64,000 bases of DNA from Tubulanus polymorphus. Lineage: Eukaryota; Animalia; Nemertea. This document shows positions 38,235-52,719 of this stretch, piece after piece. Within the stretch, counting starts at the first letter, position 1. Each line of letters opens with the position of its first letter. Position numbers and translations under genes: made by a program. The stretch lies in NCBI RefSeq assembly GCF_964204645.1, contig NC_134033.1:12656655-12720654 (forward strand). The letters run 5' to 3'. A model generated the notes under the pieces. It saw only the letters and a list, made by a program, of their open reading frames with translations. It searched no databases and was not told the DNA's origin.

Positions 38235-38694
38235 ACCTAGGCAGAATTGTATATATATGATTTGATCTAGTGCGTAGAATTATAGAGCTGAGCTGTTTGT
38301 GATTCCATGTATATAGTCACCACGTTTTTCATTGAACTTGAATTTATATTTAGTTTGTATTTGCAAGAATAAACAGATACAACTATCTGAATGAGTTTTC
38401 TTTTTTCTTCATTAAAGTGACTCTTCCCCGGGAACCTCGACGATCAGGTCGGAGCTCAGAAATACTTAAGAGATAGGTCGCCACGCAAAAAATGAAAATC
38501 TGCTCAGGCAATTGCAATTACGCAGTGCCGTGCCGAAATATGTCTAGTCTTTGTATAATGAGAAATTGTTTGTTAGTTTTAAGTAAGGAGTCCACTCTGG
38601 GTATCCCTTGGATTACTTCACCACCAACGAAGATGAACTACGGTGAGGAGACTTTTTCCAGACGCTGGCACACTAGTCAGGGGTCCGGACCGGG

Positions 38695-38796
38695 CGTCGC
38701 TTGCTAGGTGTCCGGTATCGCTCCCCGAACTCGCTTCCACCAGGGGAACGGCTTTAGCTTAGTGGATGGATTCGAATCCCTTAATGGGTGAAGATG
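38695..38796 (-). mobile_element. Internally deleted copy of the CATCTTCACCC...GCGAGGATG MITE seen at 53671-54820
   Basis: Contains reverse complements of both arms (tcgcttgctaggtgtccggtatc..ttccaccag and ggggaacggctttagc..gggtgaagatg). Confidence 0.7.
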
Positions 38797-39356
38797 GTCC
38801 TGACTATTCAACATTTCACCGCTTGGCCTAGCTTGACCATATCCGCGACCGTATGATCATGCCCGCGCCGTACTAGCCGAATCCGTGAATTCGTTCAAAT
38901 CGTATATAAAACCCAAATCCGTGAATTCGGATTATCCCCAGCAATTCAAATTAATTAATTGGCTTTAGTTGAATATCACTCAGCTTTTACAAAATCCTCT
39001 GATTAAACGTTCGTGTGAGTTTGAGATATTTTAGAATTTTTAGATTTTAAGAGTGATCTAGAGAGGTTTCTGGTTATATCGTCAACCTGCAGTTTGTCAG
39101 TCATCAGAGAGTTTTAGTCCAATGCGGAGTAAAAACTGTACCAATTCAATTAAATACTTTATTGTTTGATTTGATCGCATTGGAACTAGGGCCAGACACA
39201 GGCTGCCAGGTACTTGAATATACGTGCTTTGGCCTTGTTGGTGTGTTGAAAATGATGAAATTTACCGTAATCTACAATAAAAGGTCCATCTCAATTGAAT
39301 TATTCACAGAAAGTAGCTTTTTTGCCCGCTTTTTTTTACAAATGCACGCCCCGGCT

Positions 39357-39897
39357 CTCGTCTCTGTCTTACACAGAAAGGCAGGAAACGCTCCTATCCC
39401 CGTAATGATTAAATCTACCCGCAAATACTGAGACAGCTATCGTCATAGCAACCCTGAAGAGACATTCGGTTATATCCGACAGAGCGTTCGTGCCACGCCA
39501 TCTGTAGTCGGTAACCTGTCTGTGGTTTAGTTTCACGATCGGATATTTTCACTAAGCCCATCCGATTATAAAAAGCTTACCACCAACGATTAGGTAACTA
39601 ACTACGCCATCTGGTGCCTGGTGGTCATACTTCCTGCAAATTTTTAGAAATCAATTTTGTTGTCAGCTATATATTGCATAACGATGATAAAAACAGTGTC
39701 AATGTTTTCTAGAAAGCATCTAGAATAGAATTTCTGGGCGCTCCTCATATTTCAGGATGATAATTGATAGGCTACTTCTGAACGAACTTCGGCAATCGTC
39801 AGTAGCATTCAGCTGTCCGGATGCTTGTGGGTAGATTTAACCATTACAGAGATAGGTGGAGAGTTTCCTGCCTTCGTTATTAGTATAAAGAGACAAG
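39357..39897. mobile_element. Degenerate TIR element upstream of ENOX
   Basis: aaggcaggaaac..gtaatgattaaatctacccgcaa..gacagct is mirrored by agctgtc..ttgtgggtagatttaaccattac..gtttcctgcctt. Confidence 0.6.
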
Positions 39898-40185
39898 GGT
39901 GGCCTGTTGTATCATCGGAGAAGTAGGAATAATAACATATCGCTGTTGGTGAACGACATGTTTTTCAGTAGAGTCCCAACAGTAGTCTGAATACCAGTCG
40001 TTGTTACGGATTCCCTACAACCCCATGTTGTTTGGGGAACGACTGCTAGGTACTAGACTATCCCAACAGTAGCGTTTTAACGAACTTTTACCGTATTTCA
40101 TTCAAGCTTATGATTTTTTCTTAATTCCATTTGCAGATTTAATGATTCGTCATTGTCTTTGTGGATTTGGTAGTGATTGAGTGAG

Positions 40186-43100
40186 ATGTCTGCGCCATAT
40201 TTCATGGGAATGCAAGGTAAGAATTGACTAGTTTAAATCGGGGTCTAGATGTATGGCAAAACATTTATTATAAAAATCTTAACTCTTTAATTGGGGTACT
40301 ACCCCAATTAAAGAGTTACCTTTATAAATGGGGTACCTGCACGCACTAGATGTCTTAACAATACACTCAGTTATACATTTAGTGAAAATTAGTCGATTTT
40401 CAATGAAAATTAGTTGATTTTCAATGAACTTTGAACTAGACTTTTATGCTCCTGAATGATCGTTATTTAACTGGGCCCCGCGATTTCTCATGGGTTCAGA
40501 GAAAGTCGGAACGGTAGGCCTATAAATGTAAGTTTTTTCATCTTTCGTCGACAGGTTGTTTAGGAGGTATGGTGAATGTACCTCCACCCCCGATACCTCC
40601 GAACATCGATCCGGCCTATAACAATCAGCCTCTTCAATTCAACGCATCGTCTTCAACCTCGAATACCGATGATTCGGACAGTAAGTGATATTCAATTCCA
40701 TCAGAATCGCGGAAGGGAGGAATTTGTGAATGTTATTGACCATGCGTCTATATCAATACATGATTCATGAAATAATGAACTAGTTGTGGCAACAAACGCA
40801 GGGTTTCCAGCGGTCCTTCCAACTCCTTCCAAGTCCTTCCAAGTCCTTCTTTTGGGAGAGGTTTAAACTAACATCATCTTTGTCCTTCTTTTTGACTCTA
40901 AGTCCTTCCTTTTCATAAAAAGTCCTTCCAAATTTGATTTTTATGTACTTTTCACGTGAAATTTTATCTGGAATTCGACTGTTGAAAAGTACTTTATTGC
41001 TCCTGGTAATTCAATTGTCAGTAAGATTGAATATTAATTGAAAGTGTTGTGGAATTACCCTGAAATGTATGACTGGTCTACATGACTAAAAAGAATTTGC
41101 AAAAATGCTCCCTTAAATGGGCCCTCATTTTACTGGAAAGTACTTCTTTCACAGTCAAGTCCCTCTTTTTGGGTCTAAAATTGCAGAAAAAGTCCTTGTT
41201 TGTACTTCTCTTTACCCTAGCCTTACCACTGGAAACCCTGATAAACATTCCTTGGGATTTTTTGTTAAAACATGGAAAACTCAGGGAATTTTCCTGGAAA
41301 GTAGTCTGAATGGTGTCTATTTTTAGTCGTGTATTTCCAATTCATTTTTCTAAGTGTAAGTTGGCATGTGGATTGCTGTTCCTTAACGGGAATTTATTCA
41401 TTTGAAAACCCGCTCTAAGGCGTGATGTGCGTAAAGTGAAGTGACAAATTTTTACCCGTAATTTTTACCCCATAGATGAGAACCAGTACGCAATTTTTGA
41501 TTGGCCCCTTTTAGTTATAGTCCTGAATAGCCTGAATAGTACCTATTTCTCATTTGAAAAAGAATTTTTGAAAAGCAGTTTTTCGTTGTTATTCAACAGA
41601 CATGTATATATCGAATAGTCCCGGGCCGAGCGGGGCTACAACGGAAAGTTCACCGCCCCAGGGACCTCCGCCGCAGATGATGCCGAACATGATGGGTATG
41701 TCCAGTTTCGGGCCGATGATCAGCGATCCGTCGATGATGAATCAAATGATGATGGGACCAGCGATGGGTTACGGACAGGTGATTACGAATTGATTAACAT
41801 ATAATTTAAAACTTTGATTTTGAGGTACTTGCTGCTGCGGTAAGTGAGGATCCACTAGGTGTTGCTAGTGTATCGTAGCATAACAACTACTGCCTTGAAG
41901 CAAGTGAGGATTCTGCCAAGTTCGCTAGATTTGGTCTATCGTACTTCAATTTCTTCTTTATATTATATCATTGAGAACCTAACAATGTTACTGTGGTAAG
42001 TGAGGATTTGCAAGTCGTTAACTCGCTCTTCCAGGCTTCAATTTCTCCTAGATTCCTATCTATCAACTAAAGATTTAAACCATATAAGAATGGTATAGAG
42101 TAGATTTTAGCCATCCATGTATTTTTCTGTTTATTTTCAGTTCCCGGGGTATATTCCTAGTCAGCACCCGATAACCGACTACCAGCAACAAATGCGCGAG
42201 CCTCTCAGAGTGAAAGGAGCCGTTCTTATGCCTCCTCCTTCCGGTTAGTATTATTCTATTCCTTTCTAAGTTTCGTAGGATTAAAATAGTTGACATCTTC
42301 GTTAATGATCCTTGGGGTAAACTTCTGAATAGTGGTTACGTAAGATCTTAGCTCTAAAGGTGTTTGTTATATCAGTGTTGCCACTTCTCCGGATTTCTCC
42401 GGAATTCCGGATTTTAAAAAAATCCAATTTCATTTTCGGGAGAAGTCAAGTAACCACAAAAGAAAACATCGCGAAAAAAATAAAATCAATTCGGGATTCG
42501 ACCCTAAACATCAAAACGTGACGGCTCGGTAGCGGGTTCGAAAAAGCCGTATTGTGCTGCCACGTAGTGGCAACAACCCCGCAGTACATGATAAAACCAA
42601 GATGACGCGACGATCGGAAAAGCGACTGACGCTTCGTTTGTTTTTTGGCTCTGGTTTATGTATGAGGTGTATTTGACGGAACCAATCGCTATTTGAAAAA
42701 AAGATCTATAGGCGGTAATGAAAGTGAGGCCTATTACGCGTATTGCGCCAGAACGCATCTCCTGGCGTTCTAATTTTAAAAATTTTTTTGGGGGAGGGCC
42801 CCAGACCCCCGACTTATTTTCCGGATTTTTAGCTTCACATAAGTGGCAACTCTGTTATATGCATCCTTGGAGTAATGGTATGAATATCTCCCCCCAGTGG
42901 GTAATGCTTCCGATTGTAGATATGGGAAGGTGGTTGAAAATCAAATTCTTTTTCATGCCCGAATGGCCATAAAAATGCATATTTCAGAAAATGGCAAATT
43001 TGAGTACTGCGGTAGTTAATGTACTGCCATTGTGGTTTACCACGCAGTGCAGTGTATTCTCGCTTTGTTTTGACAAATGCTGCCATCTATCAATACAGAT

Positions 43101-46100
43101 TTAAACTAATTCGTGATTACATGTATAGACACTGTATAGGTTGGGTGGATTATTCAGGTGCTGCCATCATTTAAAATAGATTTCTATAGATTTTGATAAA
43201 CAATTGTATATATATATATACTCCGTGCTGCGAGTTGTAACATACAGTGAAAGGGTTAAACGTTGTATTTCTAAAGGAGCGCCGCCGCGTACGACCAGAG
43301 AACGACCGCCGGGTTGTCGGACGATATTCGTCGGCGGTATTCCCGAGGACGCCACCGAGGATCATCTACGCGAGATATTCAACACGTGCGGCCCGATCAA
43401 CAGTCTGAGATTGAGCAAGAAGAACTTCGCGCACATACGATTCATGTCCGAGGAGTTTATTGATCGGTGTTTGGTTTATTCCGGTGAGTACTGACCTGTG
43501 TCGGTTCTTACAGGGTTCCTACGACACCTCGACTACTTAAAAACTCCTTCTAAATGGAAATGCTTTTAAGGCGGGCATAGGTCGGCCTTGCGACCGCCAG
43601 CGACAATCGCGTCGCAACGACTCACCGACCTACGCTACCTTGCGACTGCCAGCGACGGGTTGCGACTGCCAGCGACGCCAGTCGCAATGAGTCGCACATG
43701 TTCTACTTTCTGCAATGCGACGCGACCGTCGCAACCGACCTGCATGCTGTTGCGACTGGCAACAACTAGTCGCATTCAGTCGCTGACAATCGCATTGCAA
43801 CCGACTTGCGCGGCCAGTTGTGACGCAATGCGACGATCGCGTCGCAACGTCGACCTACGCCCGGCTTTAAATGTGCTTGAAACTGTTTTGATTTTAGCAA
43901 ATCCCTTAAACTCCTTTAAAACTCCTTCAATTTTGAGAAATGGGCAATAGAAAGTTTTTTCTAGTTTTTAGTTGTACAGTAAGCTATGTCTAAATCAGTA
44001 TAAGGATTTGCTTTGACCCTTCATTTACCAAACTAGAAACCGCGTTTAGGAACCATAAGAATAAGAATTTGCTCCTATTTGCGAAAGCACCAACTTACTG
44101 AGATGAACAGTACTGATATAGGAGGAGTCTACAGTAATTGGGATATGAAAGTGATACAGACGCTTCCTCGAGATTTGACATTTAAACCTCATAGAAAACT
44201 CCTTATGCAAGAATGACTGCTCTGTAGGGACCTTGAATCTGTTTTTTTTTTTGCGTTAAAGGTTGGAGATTAAAGGTTGGTGAAGATGCGGAGGAGACTC
44301 GTGTGAACACTGGTCGTATTCACGTCGATTACGCGCAGGCTCGAGACGACCAGTACGAGTGGGAGTGCAACCAGAGGGCGCTCGCTCGCGAATACCGCCA
44401 CTTTCAACGAATCGAAGAGGAGCGCCTGCGTCCGCCGAGTCCTCCGCCGATTATTCACTTCTCCGACCACGAGGCGTTACAGTTACAAGATAAACTGAAA
44501 GGTATGTCGAGTAAGGAGTGCAGCTGAGTTATCCCCATGTATTTGTTGATGATACTTATTCAACCTTTGCTGTTGGAGATGAATAACAACACATTTCTGA
44601 AAAATTCTTCCCCCTTGTGAATTACGGATATGCCACTTTATTGCACCTACTCCTCAGTGCGGTGTATAAGAGATTTAGTGCTTTATTTTCAACCCTGCAG
44701 CGGGGTGTATAACTGATGTGCCCCTTTAATGCATTAACCCATGTTACCGTTATTGCACCTATCCCATAGTGCAGTGTAAAGAGAATGTTCCACTATATTG
44801 TGTCTATCCCGCAATGCAGTGTATGATTATTATACACTATTATTTTGCTTGACATGACTCCTGGAATTTTGTATTTTTCTCCTGGAAAAGTCCTGGAGTT
44901 CCAGTTGTCCTGAAGTGTACGAACCCTGTAATAAATTTACCACTATTGTGTCTACCCGTGTCATGCAGTCTGTAGTAACAGACTTTCCATTCAGGACACG
45001 GAACAACAATAGCAATTGTTTACCATCCGCGATCTGAATCCGTATTCGAGCGTTCATCTCAATGTTTTTGCAGACGACGAGATATTCCCGAAAGCGACGC
45101 AGGTTCTCGTCACGTGGTTAGAACGCGGAGACTGTAAAAGTCGAACGGCGAACGTGTTCTACAGTCTGATACAGACGACCAATTCTCACGTGCGACGTTT
45201 GATGAACGAGAAAACGACGCACGACGACGAACTGAATGCGATGAAGGATAAATTCCGCCAGCGCATGGAGGGATTACTACGACAATGTACGTACCCCTTC
45301 CCCTATGTCTGTATAGGCAATTTCTTTCATTAGGTTTTTTCCCCGGGTTTGTTAGGGGTATCGAAAGCGAGAAATCTTTTGCAAGGCCGTAAATAGCGTT
45401 GGATTTCGGAGAAAGCCATGGAAATGAAACAAGGGTAGTCAAAACGGAAGGAGGTGGTGGGCGCAAACAAATTTTCTATCAGTATGACCCTACAGAATGT
45501 AACGCTCCCTGCCTTGTCCTGTATATACAGTAATGTTAAATCGGGAATCCTGATGTGGGATTAAGTTCACCAGTTCTGAATGATCCAGATTTAGCAGGGT
45601 TTACTGATCTGGGGCCGTATGCATAGTGATGGCTTAGACTTAAGACTATAGTCTTAAGACCAACTTACTAGTAGTTCTATAGCCAATCTAACAACTTAAG
45701 ACCAGTCTTAAGATTTAAGACCACTTTTGGACTTAAGTGACAACTGTGTAACTGGCCCCCTGTAGCCCAATCCCTCAGATGCTCTACATCTCGCCAACCT
45801 TGAAGTTTAGACGGTAGAAATTGATGTTAATACGGTATAGTTACATAATGCCTGAACGTTGATCGTGATGTAATTTGATACCGAGTCAATTTGTACCGGT
45901 GCCAGGTAAATAAATTAAAAACATACTACAATGGAACCTCGTTATAACGTGGAACAGGAACCCAGTTTTAACTGACAGTTGGCTGTGTCCGGTATGAGAT
46001 CAATACGATTGTCTCTTCGGACCCAGTTTCGCGAAAAAGTTAAATTCAAATTTTTGGTTGAATTGCTATTGGTTAATAATGATACGTATTATAAATGATG

Positions 46101-49100
46101 ATAATTTATTTCCACAATAAATTACAACGTGTCACAAAGAGATATACAAAAACATATTAACGGTACTTCATGTTTTTAATGAGGCCAACAATTCAAACTC
46201 AACCGTTTTAAACTGAAACTTTTTCATGAAACTCTGGGATCGAAATGCAAGGTTAGAACGTGTAATATCCAGGTAGTTTTAACGAGGTTCCGCCGGAAAA
46301 ATAAATGAAGGAGTTTAAAAAAGATTCGCGAAGCCATTTACTCATTAACAATCTATCCCCCTACCTGCACGAGGGACGCGTATAGTGAAAACCGAAAATT
46401 TGTGTCTTAATTTTCAAAGTCGATCAGATCGAGAAAGTATTCGTCGCTGCCACTAAACAGAAGGCGTGGGATCACTTCTCAAAGGCCCAACGCAAGAATC
46501 TTCTCTTGTGGAAGAACCAATCGGAGGTGAGTGAGAGTATTGTACAGTCAAAGAACCCCGGTACAATGATTCAGTTTCATGGCGACCAGTAGAATTTATT
46601 TTGCTAACCCTCATTGTTCCCGCAGTACCAGGAAATTGGGAAAATTTCATTAGCTGTGGGCACTATAAACATCGGTATAATTGAGATGTTCCTTTAAGAA
46701 TCGTACCGGGGTTTGTTTGACTGTATGTGTTTATTACCTATTCCTAGTAAACCTGCATCCTGAGTCCGAGCTCACTGATGTTGAAGCTCACAGGAATATC
46801 GACTTTTTTCTGTGCAAATTTGAGCCGTCTAGTAGAGGACTTGGCCTAACACATACACCCCCAAACCCACTGAAATCCCCGGAGAGAGAAGTGCGATAGC
46901 TGGTATGAAATATAACGTTGCTGAAAAGTCGAAAGGTATACCTACCAAGATATGTCAAGCTAACCATTGGTTATATGTTGTGTCCTGTACCTTGCCTTTC
47001 TTGAAATATGAGATCAAAATGTCGGTATGAAAATATGGGAAATCAAAGGTATATCTTGAAAAATTGGATTGTGATTTCGCGCAACCGATAAAAAATGTTT
47101 GGACAGGCGAAATACAGATGATTTGTAAAGGTAAGCGCTGGATTGAAGAACTGGATTACCGTAGGTACCAGCATTGCTGGATATCTTTTTGCCGATGATG
47201 ATATGGTATCGTATATATACCTAAGACAAAATACTCAATAAAATGAAAATTCGGTATCGTTTTCAAGAGGTAAGCTGAAAAAAACCTAAATTTTGACAGG
47301 GTGGCCACTTACCCGTACCTGGAAATCAGGGAATTTTCTTTTGATTGAAAAGTGAGGAAATAAAGGATTTTGTAAAAAAAAAAGCTAAGAATCAGGGAAA
47401 GTCAGGGAAATAGGTTGAGGTTGAGATTGCTATATCATGCGTAAAATCCGACAGTTTTGTCTATGTCAATTTTGACAATTGTATTAATTGATTCGATTCT
47501 TAGCAGATCAAGTCAAGGATAACAACATAGGGAGGTCAGGTACCAGTAAAATACAAATCAAACGAAAGCGGCCACCCTGTTTGATGATTAATTGTTCATA
47601 GAAATCGGTGAAAGTCTTTTTTTGCCTTGTCTCTCATTGAGATGATCTGGATTAAGCAGCGTCTGCTGTTTTACTGAGTAACTAAAAGATATGTAAGAAA
47701 GGGTTGAATAGACTTAAGATTTCAGGTATAACTCGAATTGTTTTGGGGGAGGGATTATTGCACAACTCTGTTTGTACTTTTTGCATGCACGGATATTGAA
47801 TTCAACTTGATGCCGAAACGTTTCGGTTTGATTTATTTTTCAGGATATCCGGAAACAGTCGTTGGAAGATTTTCTGAACGAGCGCAACGAAGATAACATG
47901 GATCTCTCCGATTCAGAAGACGAACCGGTGAAGAAAAAACAACGCCCCGATAGCACAGGTGAGACTTATACTTAGCACTGCAAGTCGAGTTGATCGGATC
48001 TGACTTGAACGGAGTCTGCTGTAATGATCAAAGCAGCATGCAACCACATTCCACACATTCACCATTGAAGTCTGTAGTCCATCAATTTTTTGAAAGTTTG
48101 AAAATAAAAAGACCTTTATCTGATATTTGTTGTAATTTATTTTCAATTAAAAATGTCTTTGCTGCAGAAGTACGAACACATTTGAAACCTGGGTGATTGA
48201 AAATTTGAAAAACATTGATAATTTATCATATGTCAGAATCATTGCAGGGCAAGGCTGCGTAGTGGCATAAATGAAAATCTGTAATCGTCTAGTACAACAC
48301 AATGTGATATGCATCTTTTATTTGTATTTTTTTTTTCATCCCCGCTAGTCGGAAGCAGTAATGTGAGTCACTTACGCGAGGAGAATGATTCGCTCAAGTG
48401 TCAACTGGAGGCGTACAAGAACGAGATCGACCACGTGAAACAGGAGGGCCGCGCGAACGTCGCCGAGAAGGAAAGCCAACTGAAACTACTGCAACAAGCT
48501 CTACAGAATACTCAACAACAACTACTCTCGTCGAGAACTCAAAAACTACAAGACGACGATGAAATCAAGCAGGTGCGTGGCGACATAACCATTTGCTTAA
48601 TCTGGATCAGCTTGCTCCAGAGCATAACCGTATTGTAGTTGGCCTGAACCCTGTTTAATTCGACTTGCTCAACTACTGAATAGGACATCTAAGACAAACA
48701 ACTACTCAATTTACTCAATAAGGTTGAGTCTTCTGTAGCTATTTCTTGAACTGTGTGTTTTTTTTCTCTAGCTCCGTCAGAAACTGGCGAGTACGAACGA
48801 ATCATCGTCAAAAACGTTGAGGGGAACTCGGGAAGACATCGACCGCGCTAATGAACCGACGACTTCTGAATCCAATCAAGGCGTGCACGCAGTCAGTACG
48901 TCTGTGTCTGATTCAGACATGACGCCTCTGAACAGTCGGCAAGCGAAATTAATCGGTAATTATTCAAAATTGATAGCTGTTGTTGAAGTTCGTACATAAC
49001 CTGCCTTCATGTACACCGACATAGGATGTGTCTACTAGGACAGGGGTTTATACTGTGACAGAGTCTCATGATGTCATCAGGTTCGAATCCCTGTGAGGGA

Positions 49101-49767
49101 GTATGTATCTGAGGCATACCATGGCAGAATCTCATGATATGATCAGGTTTGAATCCCTGCTGAGGGAGGATGTTTCTACCAGGGCATGGGTTTTGCAGAG
49201 TTTCATGTTGACATCAGGTTCAAATCTCTGCTGAAGGAGTTTGTGTGTACTGGGTCATTGGTTTTTACTGCTACTAGGTCTAATGATGCCATAGGGTTCA
49301 AATCTGTGCGAGGAAAACAAACTGAAATGGGGTCATTCATTTATTACGTACGTGTTAGGGGAGGGGGAGGGGTCAGTGCAATTGCGTACTGTAATGCTAA
49401 ATGTATATGAAAAAAAGGCCGATTTTGCCTACAGAGGGGGAGGGAGGGTTGAAAAATTCAAATTTTATGCATATGTGATAAATGAATGATCCCAATATTG
49501 AAAAATCGAATCTTTTGAAAGTAACTACAACATTCCTTCTTCTGTTTGTTTGAATTTTCAGGTGTGATATCGACGTTTTTGCACGTGCACCCGTTCGGAG
49601 CGAGCACCGATTACATCTGTTCGTATTTGAGTCGTTTGAATTTGGCGATGATTCGCGCGAGCGAAATCGAAGATCTGCTCGAACGTCTGCCGTCGGTGTT
49701 CCGTCGCGATACGCACGGCGTCGGCGCCTCCATCGAGAAACGTTGGGTGTTCACCGCGTTGAATTGA
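40186..49767 (+). CDS. ENOX: Ecto-NOX disulfide-thiol exchanger (ENOX1/2 homologue)
   Basis: Exons 40186-40216, 40555-40680, 41600-41778, 42141-42243, 43277-43483, 44262-44501, 45074-45286, 46420-46526, 47844-47958, 48349-48572, 48772-48955, 49562-49767. RRM RERPPGCRTIFVGGIPE..SKKNFAHIRF; GRIHVDYAQARDD; AWDHFSKAQRKN; C-terminal ISTFLHVHPFGAS..GVGASIEKRW. Confidence 0.93.
40799..41240. mobile_element. Intronic TIR element (CAGGGTTTCCAG...CTGGAAACCCTG)
   Basis: 12-bp perfect terminal inverted repeat; internal aagtccttcc sub-repeats. Confidence 0.7.
42373..42854. mobile_element. Intronic TIR element (CAGTGTTGCCACTT...AAGTGGCAACTCTG)
   Basis: 14-bp near-perfect TIR flanked by ttatat on both sides. 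Confidence 0.7.
43566..43870. mobile_element. Palindromic GC-rich MITE bounded by TTAA, nested in a larger cagggttcctac...gtagggaccttg element (~43511-44235)
   Basis: ttaaggcgggcataggtcg ... cgacctacgcccggctttaa; internal tgcgac/gtcgca sub-repeats. Confidence 0.7.
45611..45760. mobile_element. Short MITE, GGGGCC family (third copy)
   Basis: Homologous to the copies at 25123 and 26297. Confidence 0.75.
47297..47579. mobile_element. Intronic TIR element (CAGGGTGGCC...GGCCACCCTG)
   Basis: 10-bp perfect TIR; internal tcaggga sub-repeats. Confidence 0.65.
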
Positions 49768-51042
49768 GTCCATCCATCGTACCATCGTTTGTAGCCCTTT
49801 ACCGAGTGTGCTGTTTAAGTATCCCATTTCTTGCATTTGTTAATTGATGTTGACCCAGGTGAGGTCCTGAACTCGTGTGAAGCCTGGACAATACGTATTT
49901 GAAAGTTTATGGATGAAATGTCAAAAGTCTGGCATTCTTAGTTCTTTTTCAAATAAAAATTGACCTGGGTGAGGTCCTGAACTCATGTGACGCCTGAACT
50001 GGACGATCGCTATTTGAAAGTGTGGCGATGAAATGTCTAATGTCTGGTGTTTTTGTGAAGTCAACCTCGTTATAAGAAACTTCAGGTGACCAGACAATGT
50101 GGTCGTTGAAACCGATTGTGTTTAATATCCAAGATGAATTATGAAGATCGTTCTATTTGGGACAAAATTCTAGGTTTGTAAAAACCGATGAATCGCCACA
50201 TCCGACTTCGGTTCCACTGTATGAAGTGTGGATGTTTCTCCGTAGACTGGATTCACCCACGATCAGCCATTCACCACTGGAGTCTGAAAGTGTGGGGTTT
50301 TGGAGGCGTGCTGATTCGACGTCTAATCTCTGGTGTTCGTAAAGTAAATTTTGTTTATTTTCAATAAAGAAATGTCTCGGATCCTGAGCTCATGAACACG
50401 TATGAAGTCTGGACTATCAGATATTGGCAGAATGGTGATAAAGTATTATTGAATAAGGGGTGGAATCCAGGTAGAATGATACCAATAGGTAGCGCAGAGT
50501 TTCAGTTGAGCCAATCACTTTTTTAAAGAGTCTATAAAAACGTCTGGTGTTTGTAATTCATTTTCACTTTGAAAATTCGGGTCAAGTCAGTGCTAGAGCA
50601 TTTTCATATTAGTTATTTTCAATACTGCATAGTAAATTTCAAACATGTATGAGATGAACAAACAGAGCCTAAAAACGCTCGATCAGAATGCATGAAAATG
50701 TGTGACTTATTTCTCAAAATTTATTTGTGGTATGACCAGCAGAGCACCCCTACTTTGAGGATCATGGATCCACCCTTAGTCTTGAACATGAATGTGAGGT
50801 CTGAACGATTGCTTTTCAAAAGTGTACGTATAATTGGTTTAGACTATTACGAAACGTCTAGCGTTTTCATACTGTGCTTAAAATGCTTTTAGTTCGAATT
50901 TATCGTTCAAAGTTTGAACTTTTTTTTTTCATTTAAAAAACTAGTCAAATGTTATGTTGTTATATAATGTATTATTGTGTACGAGTGATGTGATACTGAT
51001 ATGCAAATGGTTTAAATTCTATAGTAGACGCCACATTACTAT

Positions 51043-51380
51043 CATCCTCCCTCTGCAGGGACTCGAACCTGATGGCATCGCTACACTCAGCCACGGCACG
51101 AACCCCTGCATCAGTAGACCGGGTGCGCAGGTACATGCGCAGCTTTCCGAACGAAAACTGGCGGCACCAATCAGATTGCTCGTTGTATAATCGTAGAGGC
51201 AAATTTCAAGGAAGGACTATAAATGGGAAAACCGGGCTAAAATAAAACGGGATTTCTGATTGGCTAAAAATCACATCATCTGAACTGCGCATGTATCTGC
51301 GCACACGGTCGATTATGGCAGGGTTTCGTGCCGTGGCAATCTCCATGCCATCAGGTTCGAATCCCTGCCGGGGGAGGATG
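51043..51380 (-). mobile_element. MITE CATCCTC...GAGGATG (copy 2, inverted)
   Basis: 9-bp TSD cattactat. Confidence 0.9.
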
Positions 51381-51784
51381 CATTACTATGTAGTTATTAG
51401 TATAATGGATAAACTGAAGTCACGATTTACAGATTTGTGAAGGAATCGGTACTAAACAAATAGGAGTCTATTGTAGGCCTATATTAGAAATAGATTTCTT
51501 ATTCATTTGTGTATCTTTCATATTTTGTTTATATCGATGTTTTTGTTATAAAACTATTGCTTATTTTCGGTGTAAATAAATAAACATGTGTATATTATGA
51601 TATCTGAGACGAAAATCTATTTTCACGTTCAACTGTTTTTCATTTCTGGACGTCATCGACCGAAACGTTGACAACCTCAACAATCAATGATCGACAACGA
51701 AAACCAATTGAGAGACTCGTCCTTTGTAGGTTTGTGACTCTAGGGGGAGCTGTGGCAAACATGCATGCTGCATCGTGCAACTAT

Positions 51785-52145
51785 CATCCTCCCCCGGCAG
51801 GGATTCGAACCTGATGGCATCGAGATTGCCACGGCACGAAACCCTGCCATAATCGACCGTGTGCGCAGATACATGCGCAGTTCAGATGATGTGATTTTTA
51901 GCCAATCAGAAATCCTAATTTCCTAAATCAGAAATCCTAAATTTATTTAGCCCGGGTTTTCCCATTTATAGTTCTTCCTTGAAATTTGCCTCAACGATTA
52001 TACAACGAGCAATCTGATTGGTGCCGCCAGTTTTCGTTCGGAAAGCTGCGCATGTACCTGCGCACCCGGTCTACTGATAAAGGGGTTCGTGCCGTGGCTG
52101 AGTGTAGCGATGCCATCAGGTTCGAGTCCCTGCAGAGGGAGGATG
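51785..52145 (+). mobile_element. MITE CATCCTC...GAGGATG (copy 3)
   Basis: 9-bp TSD tgcaactat; small internal duplication (aatcagaaatcctaa). Confidence 0.9.
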
Positions 52146-52719
52146 TGCAACTATACGCACCATTTAAAAACGACCTTTCATCGTCCTTGACAAATCTATT
52201 TAAATATAAAGGAATTCTTCTGTTCCTATTACATCTTCATCGAGATTGAGGATCTTACAAGCGGAAAAGTATGATTTTATTTATTCAAGTATTCCCATAT
52301 CACACAGACAGTGATGATCAACAATTTTCTATTCTGAAATTGACGCTATCATCAGTTTAGTTTGAGTAGTGACGCACGCGCATTGACGACGAATGCAGCG
52401 CCGAGTTGCCCGCAGACGAGGATGCGTCGAAAAATATCAAACATGTTAGATATTTGGCGGAAATACGCTACAATAAAAAAAAATCACCCGCACACGAGCC
52501 GAAAACTGCAAGAACCAGTACAATATTCTCGACCATTCATTGCATGCTGCTGTGTACACCTATAGTAATTACAGTCACGATGATAAAGTAACCGGTTTAG
52601 GTTCAATACCGCGCGCCGACGCCGGGTTGAGACATATGCAATTTTTCGCACGAAGAGCTGACTGTGTATTAAGTATATAAATGAACACTACTAGATTTAA
52701 AAGAACATTGTAACTGAAA

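Noticed and set aside
39495-39616. CTCF-like motifs (cgccatctggtg; similar at 5952, 21838, 61731) as insulators of the cluster
   Set aside because: Short matches, some inside repeats; unsupported without ChIP or motif statistics.
43588-43950. 120-aa ORF in an ENOX intron
   Set aside because: Falls in a palindromic GC-rich MITE; no coding signature.
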